Assembly: GCA_903839615.1 (NCBI GenBank)
Contig: CAIMCX010000021.1
Location: 1 to 36,725, forward strand
From: an uncultured bacterium
GTDB lineage: Bacteria > Bipolaricaulota > Bipolaricaulia > UBA7950 > UBA9294
Direction: 5' to 3'
Length of the DNA: 36,725 bases
Position numbers and translations under genes: made by a program. Positions 19,264 to 28,330 of the stretch are shown here, in pieces; position 1 is the first letter of the stretch; each line of letters opens with the position of its first letter. The notes under the pieces are model-generated. The model did no database searches. It saw nothing but the letters and a program-made list of their open reading frames with translations, and was not told where the DNA came from.

Positions 19264-19872
19264 ATGGCGACCGACCCGGCGAAGCAGGATCTGATACGCA
19301 ACGCGGCGATTCGCGTATTCGCGCGCAAGGGATTCCACGCGACGCGGGCGGAGGAGATCGCCGAAGAGGCCGGGATCGCCGTCGGGACGATCTACAACTA
19401 CTTCGAGAGCAAGGCCCAGATCCTCCTCTCGATCTTCGAACGCGAGTTCGACGAAGAGGTCGGGCTCTACGAATCGCTGGCGAAGAGCGGCGTGTCGGTG
19501 CGCGAGCGTTTCAGCAAGATTCTGAGCGCCCACTTCGCGCGGCTCGCGGAGTCGCGCGACCTGGCAATGGTCCTCGTGCGCGAACGCTACAACGGGTCGG
19601 GCGAAATCGGCGAGGCCATGGCGAAGATGCAGCGCAAGATGCTCGACAAGATCGAGAAGCTGATCCAAGACGGCGTCGACGGTGGATGGCTGCGGACGTG
19701 CAACGTGCGCATGGTCGCGCCCGCCCTCTTCGCGGTCGTTCAGTCAATCAACGAGGCGGCGATGATCTACCCGGAGACTCAACAGAAAGCGTTCCTCGCC
19801 CGAGCGCCGGAGGAACTGGCGGCTCTGATATGGAGTGGACTCGCTCACGACGCGAAAGGAGCCCTGACATGA
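19264..19872 (+). CDS. TetR/AcrR family transcriptional regulator
   Basis: AAIRVFARKGFHATRAEEIAEEAGIAVGTIYNYFESK HTH; AGGAGG RBS. Confidence 0.96.
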   Translation: MATDPAKQDLIRNAAIRVFARKGFHATRAEEIAEEAGIAVGTIYNYFESKAQILLSIFEREFDEEVGLYESLAKSGVSVRERFSKILSAHFARLAESRDLAMVLVRERYNGSGEIGEAMAKMQRKMLDKIEKLIQDGVDGGWLRTCNVRMVAPALFAVVQSINEAAMIYPETQQKAFLARAPEELAALIWSGLAHDAKGALT

Positions 19873-20030
19873 CGCGCGGTGACTCTGTGGTCGCGGCCGT
19901 CCTCGCGGTCCTCCTGTTCGTCCATCTGGCGAAGGCGATCGATAGGGCGCTGCCCGAGGCAGCACACGCGCCCACCACGGAAGGGGACTCTGCGATCGCG
20001 CGGAAGACCGCGGGCGGAAGGGAGCCATGA
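19869..20030 (+). CDS. 53-aa small single-TM protein
   Basis: ATGA overlaps at both ends (tetR stop and MMPL start); AAAGGAG upstream; hydrophobic stretch VVAAVLAVLLFVHLA. Confidence 0.6.
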   Translation: MTRGDSVVAAVLAVLLFVHLAKAIDRALPEAAHAPTTEGDSAIARKTAGGREP

Positions 20031-22363
20031 TGCGCAAGTTCACCGGCTGGATCGTCGACCACGCCTGGCTGTCGCTCGCCGTCGTCGTCGCGCTCACCGT
20101 CTTCTTCCTCCTCTTCATCCCCAAACTCCAGTTACAGACTGACTTCGGCAAGTACCTGCCGGACAGCGACCGCTCGGTCCAACTGATGCACAAAGCGGAG
20201 AAGATCTTTGGATCGCAGGAGTTCTTCATGGTCGTGGTCGAGACGCCGAACACGATCTTCGACGTCAAGACCATCGCCGAGATCCACGCGATGGAGATCG
20301 AGTTCCAGGGTCTACATGAGATCGATCAGGTGATCGGGCCGACCACAGCGACCGTCATTTCTGCAACGAACGACAAACTGACGATCGAAAAGGCAGCGGA
20401 ACTCCTGCCGACGACGCCGGAGGAAGTCGAGAGCTATCGCCAGAAGGTACTCGGTGACCGCAATCTGAACGGCTACATCTTCGCGTCGAACGAGCGCGCG
20501 GCGGGCATCGTGCTCAAACCGAGCCCGTACCTCGACGACACGAACGCCCTCGTCGCGACCGTCAACCAGATCGCGCAAGCCCACAGTCACGAGGGGTTCA
20601 CGGTCTACGTCGGCGGCATCGCTCCGCTTCGCGCCGCGATCGGCGACAGCATGATGCACGACATGCTCGTCTTGACCCCACTCGTCTTGCTCGTAATGGA
20701 ACTCCTCGTCTTCCTCGCGTTCCGTACCGGGCGCGGCGTCGCGCTGCCGTTCCTCCTCATGACCTTCTCGACCATCTGGACGGTCGGGCTGATGGCGCTC
20801 GTCCACGTGCCACTCACGGCGTTCTCGTTCTTCATGCCCGTCATGCTCATTGCAGCAAGCAAGGCCTACGCGATTTTCACCGTGAACCGCTACTATGAGG
20901 AGGCCCAGCACGCCGATCGCCTGCCGCGGCGCGAGTTGGTCATTCAGACAATGCAGGACATGGCAAAGCCCCTGTCGATGGACGCGCTGGCCGAGGCAAC
21001 CGGGTTCCTGTCGCTCCTTGCCGCGAGCCTGTGGCCGCAGCAAACGTTCGGCTTGTTCATTGCGATCGGCATCGCGTTCACGCTCCTGCTCAACTTCATC
21101 CTCCTGCCCGCAATCCTCGCACTCCTACCTCTGCCGAAGAAGCACCGCGACTACGGACACGGCTGGCTCCCGAACGCGCTTGTCCGCTTCGGTCGGTTGA
21201 TCTCGCGGCGACGCGCCGTCGTCCTCATCCTGTCGGCCGTCGTGCTCGTCGCGTTCGCCGTGGCGATCCCGCGCCTCGTCGTCGATACGTCGCCGACCGA
21301 GTACCTGGGGAGCGAGCACGCGGCGATGGACGCCATGCACGCTCTCGACCGGAACTTCGGCGGCAGCTCCCAGGTTTCGATTCATATCGCGACTGGCCGC
21401 ACGAACGGCCTCAAGGATCCAACCGTCCTGAAGGCCGTCGTCGCGCTCGAGGACTTCATCCAGGCGCAGCCCGAGTACGGAGGCAGCATCACGTCGCTCG
21501 CCAACGTGATGCGCGAGATGAACCAGAAGTTCCACGCCGACGATCCAAGCTTCTACGTCATCCCCGACGATCCGAAGCTCGCGGCACAGCTTCTGACCTT
21601 GTTCACGTTCTCCGGCGGTGAGCTGTGGAACATGGCGACGCCCGATCTCTCGCAGGGTGAAGTGGTGGCGCGCACGAGCCTTCACGGCACGGCGCAGATC
21701 ATCGACCTCGCCGGACGCATCAGGGACTATGCGGCCGGCGTCCTGCCGGTCGGAGTCACCGCGGAGTTTGTCGGCGCCGAGCAAGCGTGGGCATCGCTCG
21801 CCCAGGAGACCGTGCCAAATACCGCGCTGACCCTTGCTATTGCGCTGGCGGCCGCGCTTCTCATCGTGACGATCCTCCTGCGCTCAATCGTCGCCGGCCT
21901 CGTCGCCGTGTCGCCGATGATCCTCACAATCGTGATCAACCTCGGGACGATGAGCTATCTCAAGATGCCGCTCGATCTTGCATCTCTGATGATCGGTTCG
22001 ATCACGGTCGGCGTCGGCATCGACTACACGATCAACTTCATCATCCGCTGGAGGACCGAGATGGCGCGCGGCCACACGATCGAGGAAGCCCACGAGATTA
22101 CGATGCGCACCATGGGGCGCGGCATCTTGTTCAACGCCCTGACGCTCACAGCGGGGTTCGCGATGTTCTACTTCTCGGCGTTCAAAGGCCTGCGCAACTT
22201 CGGACTCTTGATCAACCTCACGATGATTTGGTCGTTCTTCGGTTCGTTCATCGTCGTGCCGGCGCTCTTGCTCACCCTCAAGCCACGGTTCCTCACAGGC
22301 AAGAAGCGGTCGCAGGCCCCGGATAGCGACTCCACGTCTTCCACCCAGGAGGTTTCCCCATGA
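20027..22363 (+). CDS. MMPL/RND family transporter
   Basis: Two repeats, each with a large extracytoplasmic loop plus TM bundle; FGSQEF and NFGGS, NRYYEE, GVGIDYTINF and GRGILFNALT. Confidence 0.92.
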   Translation: MMRKFTGWIVDHAWLSLAVVVALTVFFLLFIPKLQLQTDFGKYLPDSDRSVQLMHKAEKIFGSQEFFMVVVETPNTIFDVKTIAEIHAMEIEFQGLHEIDQVIGPTTATVISATNDKLTIEKAAELLPTTPEEVESYRQKVLGDRNLNGYIFASNERAAGIVLKPSPYLDDTNALVATVNQIAQAHSHEGFTVYVGGIAPLRAAIGDSMMHDMLVLTPLVLLVMELLVFLAFRTGRGVALPFLLMTFSTIWTVGLMALVHVPLTAFSFFMPVMLIAASKAYAIFTVNRYYEEAQHADRLPRRELVIQTMQDMAKPLSMDALAEATGFLSLLAASLWPQQTFGLFIAIGIAFTLLLNFILLPAILALLPLPKKHRDYGHGWLPNALVRFGRLISRRRAVVLILSAVVLVAFAVAIPRLVVDTSPTEYLGSEHAAMDAMHALDRNFGGSSQVSIHIATGRTNGLKDPTVLKAVVALEDFIQAQPEYGGSITSLANVMREMNQKFHADDPSFYVIPDDPKLAAQLLTLFTFSGGELWNMATPDLSQGEVVARTSLHGTAQIIDLAGRIRDYAAGVLPVGVTAEFVGAEQAWASLAQETVPNTALTLAIALAAALLIVTILLRSIVAGLVAVSPMILTIVINLGTMSYLKMPLDLASLMIGSITVGVGIDYTINFIIRWRTEMARGHTIEEAHEITMRTMGRGILFNALTLTAGFAMFYFSAFKGLRNFGLLINLTMIWSFFGSFIVVPALLLTLKPRFLTGKKRSQAPDSDSTSSTQEVSP

Positions 22364-23271
22364 TCGGCAAGCGCTTTCCTACGTTCCTCTTTGCCTCTGT
22401 CGCCGCCGTCGCGCTTTCTCTCGGAAGCGTGGGCGCGGCAGCGCAGTCGCTTGGCGCCTCCGACATCCTCGCCGCGATTGATGCGCGCGGCGGAATCACG
22501 GGTGTCGGAAGCCAGGTAGCATTCCTCTCGTTCGTCGTCCAGGACAAGAACGGCTCCGTGCAGGAAGCGTCCTTCGTCTCGTTCGCGAAGACCTCGTCGG
22601 ACCCGCAGGTCCCGGACGCCGGACTGATCTACTTCCTAGCTCCTCCGGCCGAGACGTGCGGCACAGTCTTCTTGACCATCGATCGCAAGATCTCGGGCCA
22701 GTCGACCGAGCTCTATCTCTACCTGCCCGCGCTCGGCATGCCGAAGGAGCTCGTCTCGAGCGGAGAGCGGAAGGGCTCGTTCGCCGGATCGAACATCCAG
22801 TTCGACCAGATCGGACGAAGCGAACTCGCCACGAACTTCGTCGGCGAACTCCTCGGGGAGACAACCCTGGACGTGACCGTTGAAGGCGTCGCCACGAGCC
22901 GTCCCGTCTACGTGCTCCATCTGACGGCAAACCCGAGCACGAATCCCAACGAAACCTTCCCCGACCGCACGGTCTGGGTGGACAAGGAGGGTTTCCTCGT
23001 CCTCGCCATGGAGAGCAAGAACACGCTGGGGAAACTTCAGAATGTCCTCCGCGTCAACGCTCTCGCGACATTCGAGAGCCGGCTCGAGTACACGGACATG
23101 ACCGTCTCGAACGTGCTCGACACGAGCTCGACGCGGGTTACGGTCTCCGATCGCGAGGATGTCGGGGAGTTCCCGGACTCGATGTTCGATCCTGCAGCGC
23201 TTGCCCAGTTCAATCCGCTGGCCTGGAATAACCTGCTCCAGGTGAAGGTGCCGGACCCCGTCTGCCCGTAG
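22360..23271 (+). CDS. LolA-like outer-membrane lipoprotein-sorting family protein
   Basis: Signal peptide; YLYLPALG...RKGSFAGSNIQFDQI, VWVDKE and PDSMFDP; ATGA overlap with MMPL. Confidence 0.82.
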   Translation: MIGKRFPTFLFASVAAVALSLGSVGAAAQSLGASDILAAIDARGGITGVGSQVAFLSFVVQDKNGSVQEASFVSFAKTSSDPQVPDAGLIYFLAPPAETCGTVFLTIDRKISGQSTELYLYLPALGMPKELVSSGERKGSFAGSNIQFDQIGRSELATNFVGELLGETTLDVTVEGVATSRPVYVLHLTANPSTNPNETFPDRTVWVDKEGFLVLAMESKNTLGKLQNVLRVNALATFESRLEYTDMTVSNVLDTSSTRVTVSDREDVGEFPDSMFDPAALAQFNPLAWNNLLQVKVPDPVCP

Positions 23272-23307
23272 GCTGCAGGCAGCGCCCCCCTTGCGAGGGC
23301 GTGGCAA

Positions 23308-23350
23308 GGCGAGCGCCTCACGGGCTCGCCCCGCCGCGTCCTCTCTTCTT
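23308..23350 (+). terminator. Possible terminator after the MMPL operon
   Basis: GGCGAGC...GCTCGCC stem; the pyrimidine run starts about 10 nt after the stem. Confidence 0.35.
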
Positions 23351-23409
23351 CTCCGGCTGTGCTAGACTTCCCGACGTGCCGGCGTGGGGTCGACACGGAA
23401 GGCTAACGC

Positions 23410-24666
23410 ATGGGCGAAGAGGCGAGTGTCGGGCAGCTAGCGCGCGAGTTGCTTGAAGAACATGAGGCCGCGTGGTGGGCCGGGCGCTCCGAATTGCCTG
23501 ACCTCGGTCGCACCTACACGCCGCGCGAGCAACAAGCAAGAGGGAAAGAACTTGGCCTGCTCGTCAACCAGCTCCTTGCGGAGATGCGGCATCCACCGGC
23601 CACCGCGAACGATCGGGAGGTTCTCGAGCAGAGAGTGACGCTGTCTGGACGGGCGTTCGCGCGCTCGTCGCTCGGCGTCGACGACGCCCACATGGATCTC
23701 CTGTTGCAGGGCGGGTTCACGCCGTGCGCGCGTGAGTTCGCCGAACGCGCCCGCCGCTTCGATCCTCGGATGCCGTTCGAGGACATTGTCCAGGCAAGCC
23801 GCAACGTGTGGACCATGAACGGACTCCAGATGATGCTCGGACTCCCGCTTCGCGTCACGCCGTCCGTCTTCGGGTACAGCATGCTCTACCCCTACACCGA
23901 CAACCTTCTCGACGATGCCGGTGTCACCGAAGACAAGAAGGTCCTGGCGAGCGAGCGCTTTGGCCGCCGCATCGCTGGAGAGGCGCTCGCCCCGGCCGAC
24001 GACCACGAGAAGAAGCTCTGGGCCCTATTCTCGGAGATCGAATCGGAGCACCGGCGCGACGAATCGCCGCGCGTCTACGAGAGTCTCGAAGGGATCCATC
24101 GCGCGCAGACGCGAAGCGTGTTGCTAATGAGGCCCGATGAGCCTCCCTACGCAGTGGACGTGCTCGGAATCAGCCTCGAGAAGGGCGGCGCGTCCGTCCT
24201 CGCCGATGGCGACCTCGTGGCCGGTAACCTGACGCGGTCACAGGCCGCGCACTTCTTTGGCCTCGGCGCCCTCCTCCAGCTCGCCGACGATCTCCAGGAT
24301 GTCAACAGCGACTCACGGTCGGGAACGCTCACGGTGTTCTCTCAGGCAGCCCAACGCTGGCCGCTTGACCGACTCGTGAGCCGCCTCCTCCACTTCCGCG
24401 CCTACGTGCTCGCGGAGTTCAGCCCGGGAGACGCGCCCGGCGCAGCACGACTCGGGGACTTGATGCGCGGCGCCAGCCTTCAGCTCATCCTCGGAGCCGT
24501 CGGGACTGCGCCCAAGCTCTTCACGCGGCAGTACGTTCGGGAACTGGAGGCCTTCTCGCCGTTCCGCTTCCGCGAGCTCGTACGGCAGCGCGGGAGACTG
24601 GAGCGACAGCGCGTCTCCTTCCTCGGCCTGGCCGCCTCGGCGCTCGAGAACGCCTCGTCGCGCTAG
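23410..24666 (+). CDS. Class I isoprenoid synthase / terpene cyclase-like protein
   Basis: Appears all-helical; two Asp-rich motifs, YPYTDNLLDD and LLQLADDLQDV, with EKGG between them; upstream TGcTAGACT extended -10 at 23360-23368. Confidence 0.65.
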   Translation: MGEEASVGQLARELLEEHEAAWWAGRSELPDLGRTYTPREQQARGKELGLLVNQLLAEMRHPPATANDREVLEQRVTLSGRAFARSSLGVDDAHMDLLLQGGFTPCAREFAERARRFDPRMPFEDIVQASRNVWTMNGLQMMLGLPLRVTPSVFGYSMLYPYTDNLLDDAGVTEDKKVLASERFGRRIAGEALAPADDHEKKLWALFSEIESEHRRDESPRVYESLEGIHRAQTRSVLLMRPDEPPYAVDVLGISLEKGGASVLADGDLVAGNLTRSQAAHFFGLGALLQLADDLQDVNSDSRSGTLTVFSQAAQRWPLDRLVSRLLHFRAYVLAEFSPGDAPGAARLGDLMRGASLQLILGAVGTAPKLFTRQYVRELEAFSPFRFRELVRQRGRLERQRVSFLGLAASALENASSR

Positions 24667-26612
24667 CTCTCGGACGGCGGCGCCGACCCGCGCTCGAACC
24701 GTCTCCAGCCGTTGCGGCCCTGCGCCTTGACCGAGTACATCGCCGCATCGGCCTGCTGCAGGAGGTGCGTCGCGGTCTCGCCATCGTCCGGGAAGAGGGC
24801 AATGCCGATGCTGACGGATAAGCCGAGGCTCCCGTCGTCCGGAATCTTGAAGGAGTCGCGCAGAGCCTGTAGGACTTTGTCCGCCGCAATCTCGGCGTCC
24901 CGCGGGCTGTCGATCCCCGGCAGGAGCGCGACGAACTCGTCGCCGCCGAGGCGAGCGATCGTGTCGCTTGCGCGCAGCGCCTCTCTCAGACGCGCTCCCA
25001 CTTCCTGCAGCACGCGGTCGCCGGCCGCGTGGCCGTGCACGTCGTTGACTTCCTTGAACTTGTCAAGGTCAAGATAGAAGACGGCCAGGCGATCGAGGTT
25101 CCTCATCGCGCGGGCGATCTCGAGCCTCAGCACGTCGTCGAGAGCGCTCCGCGTCAGGAGCCCCGTCAACGGATCGTGCGTCGCGAGGAACGACAACTTC
25201 TCTTGGTTGCGCAGGAGCTCCGTCACATCCCGGATGATGCCTTGGTACACACGCCCCTCGTTTCCCGTTGAGGTTTCGAGGATGCTCGTCAGTAGACAGC
25301 GCAGGTGCGCGCCATCCTTCCGCTTGAGCGTGACGGGGTAGCTCGTGACGAACCCATTCTCTCCGATGGCGACCTGGAACGCTTCCCGATCTTCCGGATT
25401 GACGTAGAACTGGCCAGCCGTCATCGTCATGATCTCCGCTTTCGGGTAGCCAAGGAGGTCGACGAGCGCTTGGTTCACGTCGATGAACCGCCCGTCTTCG
25501 GCCGTGATGTAGATCGGATCCCGCGACGACTCGAAGAGGTTGTGATACTGTCGCTCGCTTCGCGCTAGAGCCTCGCGGGACTCCTCGATCGATGCGAGCA
25601 TGCCGTTGATGTTCGTGCCCAGCCGCGCAAGTTCGTCCCTGCCGCCAGCGGGTACCCGCTGCGATGCGTCGTGCTCCCGGGCAATCTGCGCCACATCGCG
25701 AGTCAGGCGGGCGGTCCGCGACAGGACACGCCGGTCGAGGAAATACAGGAACCCCCCACCGAGGACGGCGAGTGTCACGAGCAGCGCCAGCATCAGGTAG
25801 TCGGACGTCGCCATACCCGCCCTGTACGTGTCGCGCGCAATCTCCACGCTGAGGACGGCGACCGGCTTCCCGAGTAGATCCCGCCACACGGCGTATCCCG
25901 CAACGCTGTCCTTGTTGAGCGGTACCACGGCGGACCGGGGACCCGTGGAGTCGCCGCCCACCAAGGTCGCCAACACGCTTGGAGGGTTGCGCGGGTCGTC
26001 TGCCGTGCGAAACAGAAGAGGCATCGCAATCTGGGCCGCCAGGCGATCGACCTCGGCCGCGTCAGCGATTCGCCCGATGGCCAGCATGCCCACGGCCGGA
26101 GGTTCATGGAGGCTCGAGAGAATCGGATGGATGGCAACGAGAACCAAGCTGCCGCCGAGCGCCATGACTCCAGCGCGGCTCGACGTGTCGTCGGTCGACG
26201 TCCACAGTGCGCGAATCGAGGCCACGGCGGTCAGGAAGTCCCCGGCCGGCCGTTCTGTGCCGTAGCTCTTGACGTAGACCGCTCGCCCCGCGGAGTCGAA
26301 GAACACCATGAAGTTCAGCCGCAGATTGACGAAAGCATCGTCCGTGAGGTTCTCGGTCGGGAACGTCGGAAGCGTGCCCTGGACGAACTCGAGCGACTCG
26401 TCCCATGCCGCCCAGTCGTGTGACGTCGACTCGAGATTGGAGAGTTCCGTGGCCACAGCATTGCTCGCGCGGCCGACGTCTGTCTCGACCTCGGCGCGCT
26501 CAATGTCAGAGAACGTGCGGCTCATCCGCGGTGACACGACGGCGAAGAGGAGAGTGACAACGAGGAGGCTCATCCCGACAATCCCCACGACAACTTGCGT
26601 GCGGAGACTCAT
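24663..26612 (-). CDS. Diguanylate cyclase (CHASE4-HAMP-PAS-GGDEF)
   Basis: TM, DWAAWD (CHASE4), TM, GRDELARLGTNINGML (HAMP), PAS, HDPLTGL, DLDKFKEVND, RASD I-site and GGDEF. Confidence 0.94.
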   Translation of the reverse strand: MSLRTQVVVGIVGMSLLVVTLLFAVVSPRMSRTFSDIERAEVETDVGRASNAVATELSNLESTSHDWAAWDESLEFVQGTLPTFPTENLTDDAFVNLRLNFMVFFDSAGRAVYVKSYGTERPAGDFLTAVASIRALWTSTDDTSSRAGVMALGGSLVLVAIHPILSSLHEPPAVGMLAIGRIADAAEVDRLAAQIAMPLLFRTADDPRNPPSVLATLVGGDSTGPRSAVVPLNKDSVAGYAVWRDLLGKPVAVLSVEIARDTYRAGMATSDYLMLALLVTLAVLGGGFLYFLDRRVLSRTARLTRDVAQIAREHDASQRVPAGGRDELARLGTNINGMLASIEESREALARSERQYHNLFESSRDPIYITAEDGRFIDVNQALVDLLGYPKAEIMTMTAGQFYVNPEDREAFQVAIGENGFVTSYPVTLKRKDGAHLRCLLTSILETSTGNEGRVYQGIIRDVTELLRNQEKLSFLATHDPLTGLLTRSALDDVLRLEIARAMRNLDRLAVFYLDLDKFKEVNDVHGHAAGDRVLQEVGARLREALRASDTIARLGGDEFVALLPGIDSPRDAEIAADKVLQALRDSFKIPDDGSLGLSVSIGIALFPDDGETATHLLQQADAAMYSVKAQGRNGWRRFERGSAPPSES

Positions 26613-26687
26613 CCCGAGGCCCCCCTCCACGTCGTCAGCGCGCTCGAACGCGTTCTTTCGTTCACGTCCTGATTATTCCTCGCCGCG

Positions 26688-26717
26688 AGGGTAGGCGGAC
26701 AGACGCGCTTGTGTCAA
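26688..26717 (-). promoter_or_regulatory. Putative promoter of the diguanylate cyclase (TTGACA-18-TACCCT)
   Basis: Perfect -35 box with a plausible -10 box. Confidence 0.45.
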
Positions 26718-26800
26718 GCGAAGACCAGGTATGGACTGTGGACGCGATGCCGACTGGGGATGCACATCGAGGCCTTGCGCTGCAGGCCACCATCTCAGAG

Positions 26801-28324
26801 CTACTCCCACTCGATCGTCGCCGGCGGTTTGCTCGTGATGTCGTAGACCACCCGGCCGACCTCGGGAATCTCACGCGTGATCCGCTGCGCGGCTTCGTCG
26901 AGCACGTCGTGCGGCAGCCGAGCCCAGTCCGCCGTCATCGCGTCGACACTGGTCACCGCGCGCAGGGCGACGACGTGACCGTAGCGACGCTCATCGCCGG
27001 CGACGCCCACGCTGCGAATCGGGGTCAGCACGGCAAGGGCCTGCCACGCATCGCCGTAGACGCCTCGCTTTCGCAGCGTCTCGATGAAGATCGCGTCCGC
27101 CCTCCGCACGATGTCCAAACGTTCCTGGGTGATCTCGCCAAGAATGCGCACCGCGAGGCCCGGCCCCGGGAACGGATGACGCAGGCGAATCTCATCGGGC
27201 AGTCCGAGAAGCCGTGCCACATCGCGTACCTCGTCCTTGAACAGGGTTCGGAATGGCTCGAGCAGCTCAAATCCAAGCTCCGCCGGAAGCCCCCCCACGT
27301 TGTGGTGGCTCTTGATGTTCGCTGTCCCCTCGCCGCCGGCTGACTCGATCACGTCGGGATACAGCGTCCCTTGAGCCAGGAAGCGAAACGGGCCGCGCGC
27401 TCGAGCGACCTCGCGGAATGCAGCTACGAACTCGCGTCCGATGATCCGACGCTTCTCCTCGGGATCCACAACTCCGCGCAGCGCGTGGAGAAACTGAGCC
27501 GACGCGTCGACGATCTCGAGACGGACTCCCAGAGGATGGAGCGCTCTTTCGACTTCGGTCCGCTCGCCCTCGCGAAGGAGTCCGTGGTCGACAAGCACCG
27601 CAACGTGATCGGCTTTGGCGCGAGCCAGCAGGAGAGCCAGCGCCGACGAATCGACGCCGCCGGACACTCCCACCAGGACACGATCACTTCCTACCCTCTC
27701 ACGGACATAGGCGAGAGCGCGGTCGAGCGACGCCTCGGGAGTCCAGTCTCGTCGCACATCCGAGTCTGCGAGGAAGTTGTCGAGCAACTTGACCCCGGAC
27801 GGAGTGTGAACAACCTCGGGATGGAACTGTACGCCGTGCATTCGGCCGTCGGGCGCGCCCACGGCGGCGTTCGGATTTGTCGCTGTCGCTGCGAGGCTCG
27901 CCCAGCCTTCCGGGAGGGCTGTCACCGCGGTCGAATGGCTCATCCACACAGACGCCCCCGACACGATGCCTCGGAAGAGCGAGCCTTCAACGCGCTCGAG
28001 CCGATCCGCTCCGTACGATCTCGTCCCCACATCACGGACTTCGCCGCCGGCGTGCTGAACGAGGAGCTGCATCCCATAGCAGATCCCGAGCAGCGGGATC
28101 CCCGCTCCGTACAGGCGCGGGTCAGGCATGGGGGCGCTAGGCTCGAACACCGTCCGCGGACCTCCGGAGAGAATCACCGCCTGCGGCGACTCGCCGAGAA
28201 TCCGCTCGAGCGTCGCCGTGCCGGGCAAGATGACCGAGTAGGCGCGGAGCTCCCGCACGCGGCGCGCGATAAGCTTCGTGTACTGCGAGCCGAAGTCGAG
28301 GATGACAACGCTCACGCCGCTCAT
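26801..28324 (-). CDS. guaA: GMP synthase (glutamine-hydrolysing)
   Basis: [47 protein letters not shown] and KPPATIEWE. Confidence 0.98.
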   Translation of the reverse strand: MSGVSVVILDFGSQYTKLIARRVRELRAYSVILPGTATLERILGESPQAVILSGGPRTVFEPSAPMPDPRLYGAGIPLLGICYGMQLLVQHAGGEVRDVGTRSYGADRLERVEGSLFRGIVSGASVWMSHSTAVTALPEGWASLAATATNPNAAVGAPDGRMHGVQFHPEVVHTPSGVKLLDNFLADSDVRRDWTPEASLDRALAYVRERVGSDRVLVGVSGGVDSSALALLLARAKADHVAVLVDHGLLREGERTEVERALHPLGVRLEIVDASAQFLHALRGVVDPEEKRRIIGREFVAAFREVARARGPFRFLAQGTLYPDVIESAGGEGTANIKSHHNVGGLPAELGFELLEPFRTLFKDEVRDVARLLGLPDEIRLRHPFPGPGLAVRILGEITQERLDIVRRADAIFIETLRKRGVYGDAWQALAVLTPIRSVGVAGDERRYGHVVALRAVTSVDAMTADWARLPHDVLDEAAQRITREIPEVGRVVYDITSKPPATIEWE

Positions 28325-28330
28325 CCAAAC

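Noticed and set aside
26720-26830. guaA 3' end as a genomic-island attachment site
   Set aside because: No integrase and no duplicated guaA 3' sequence were seen in the window.
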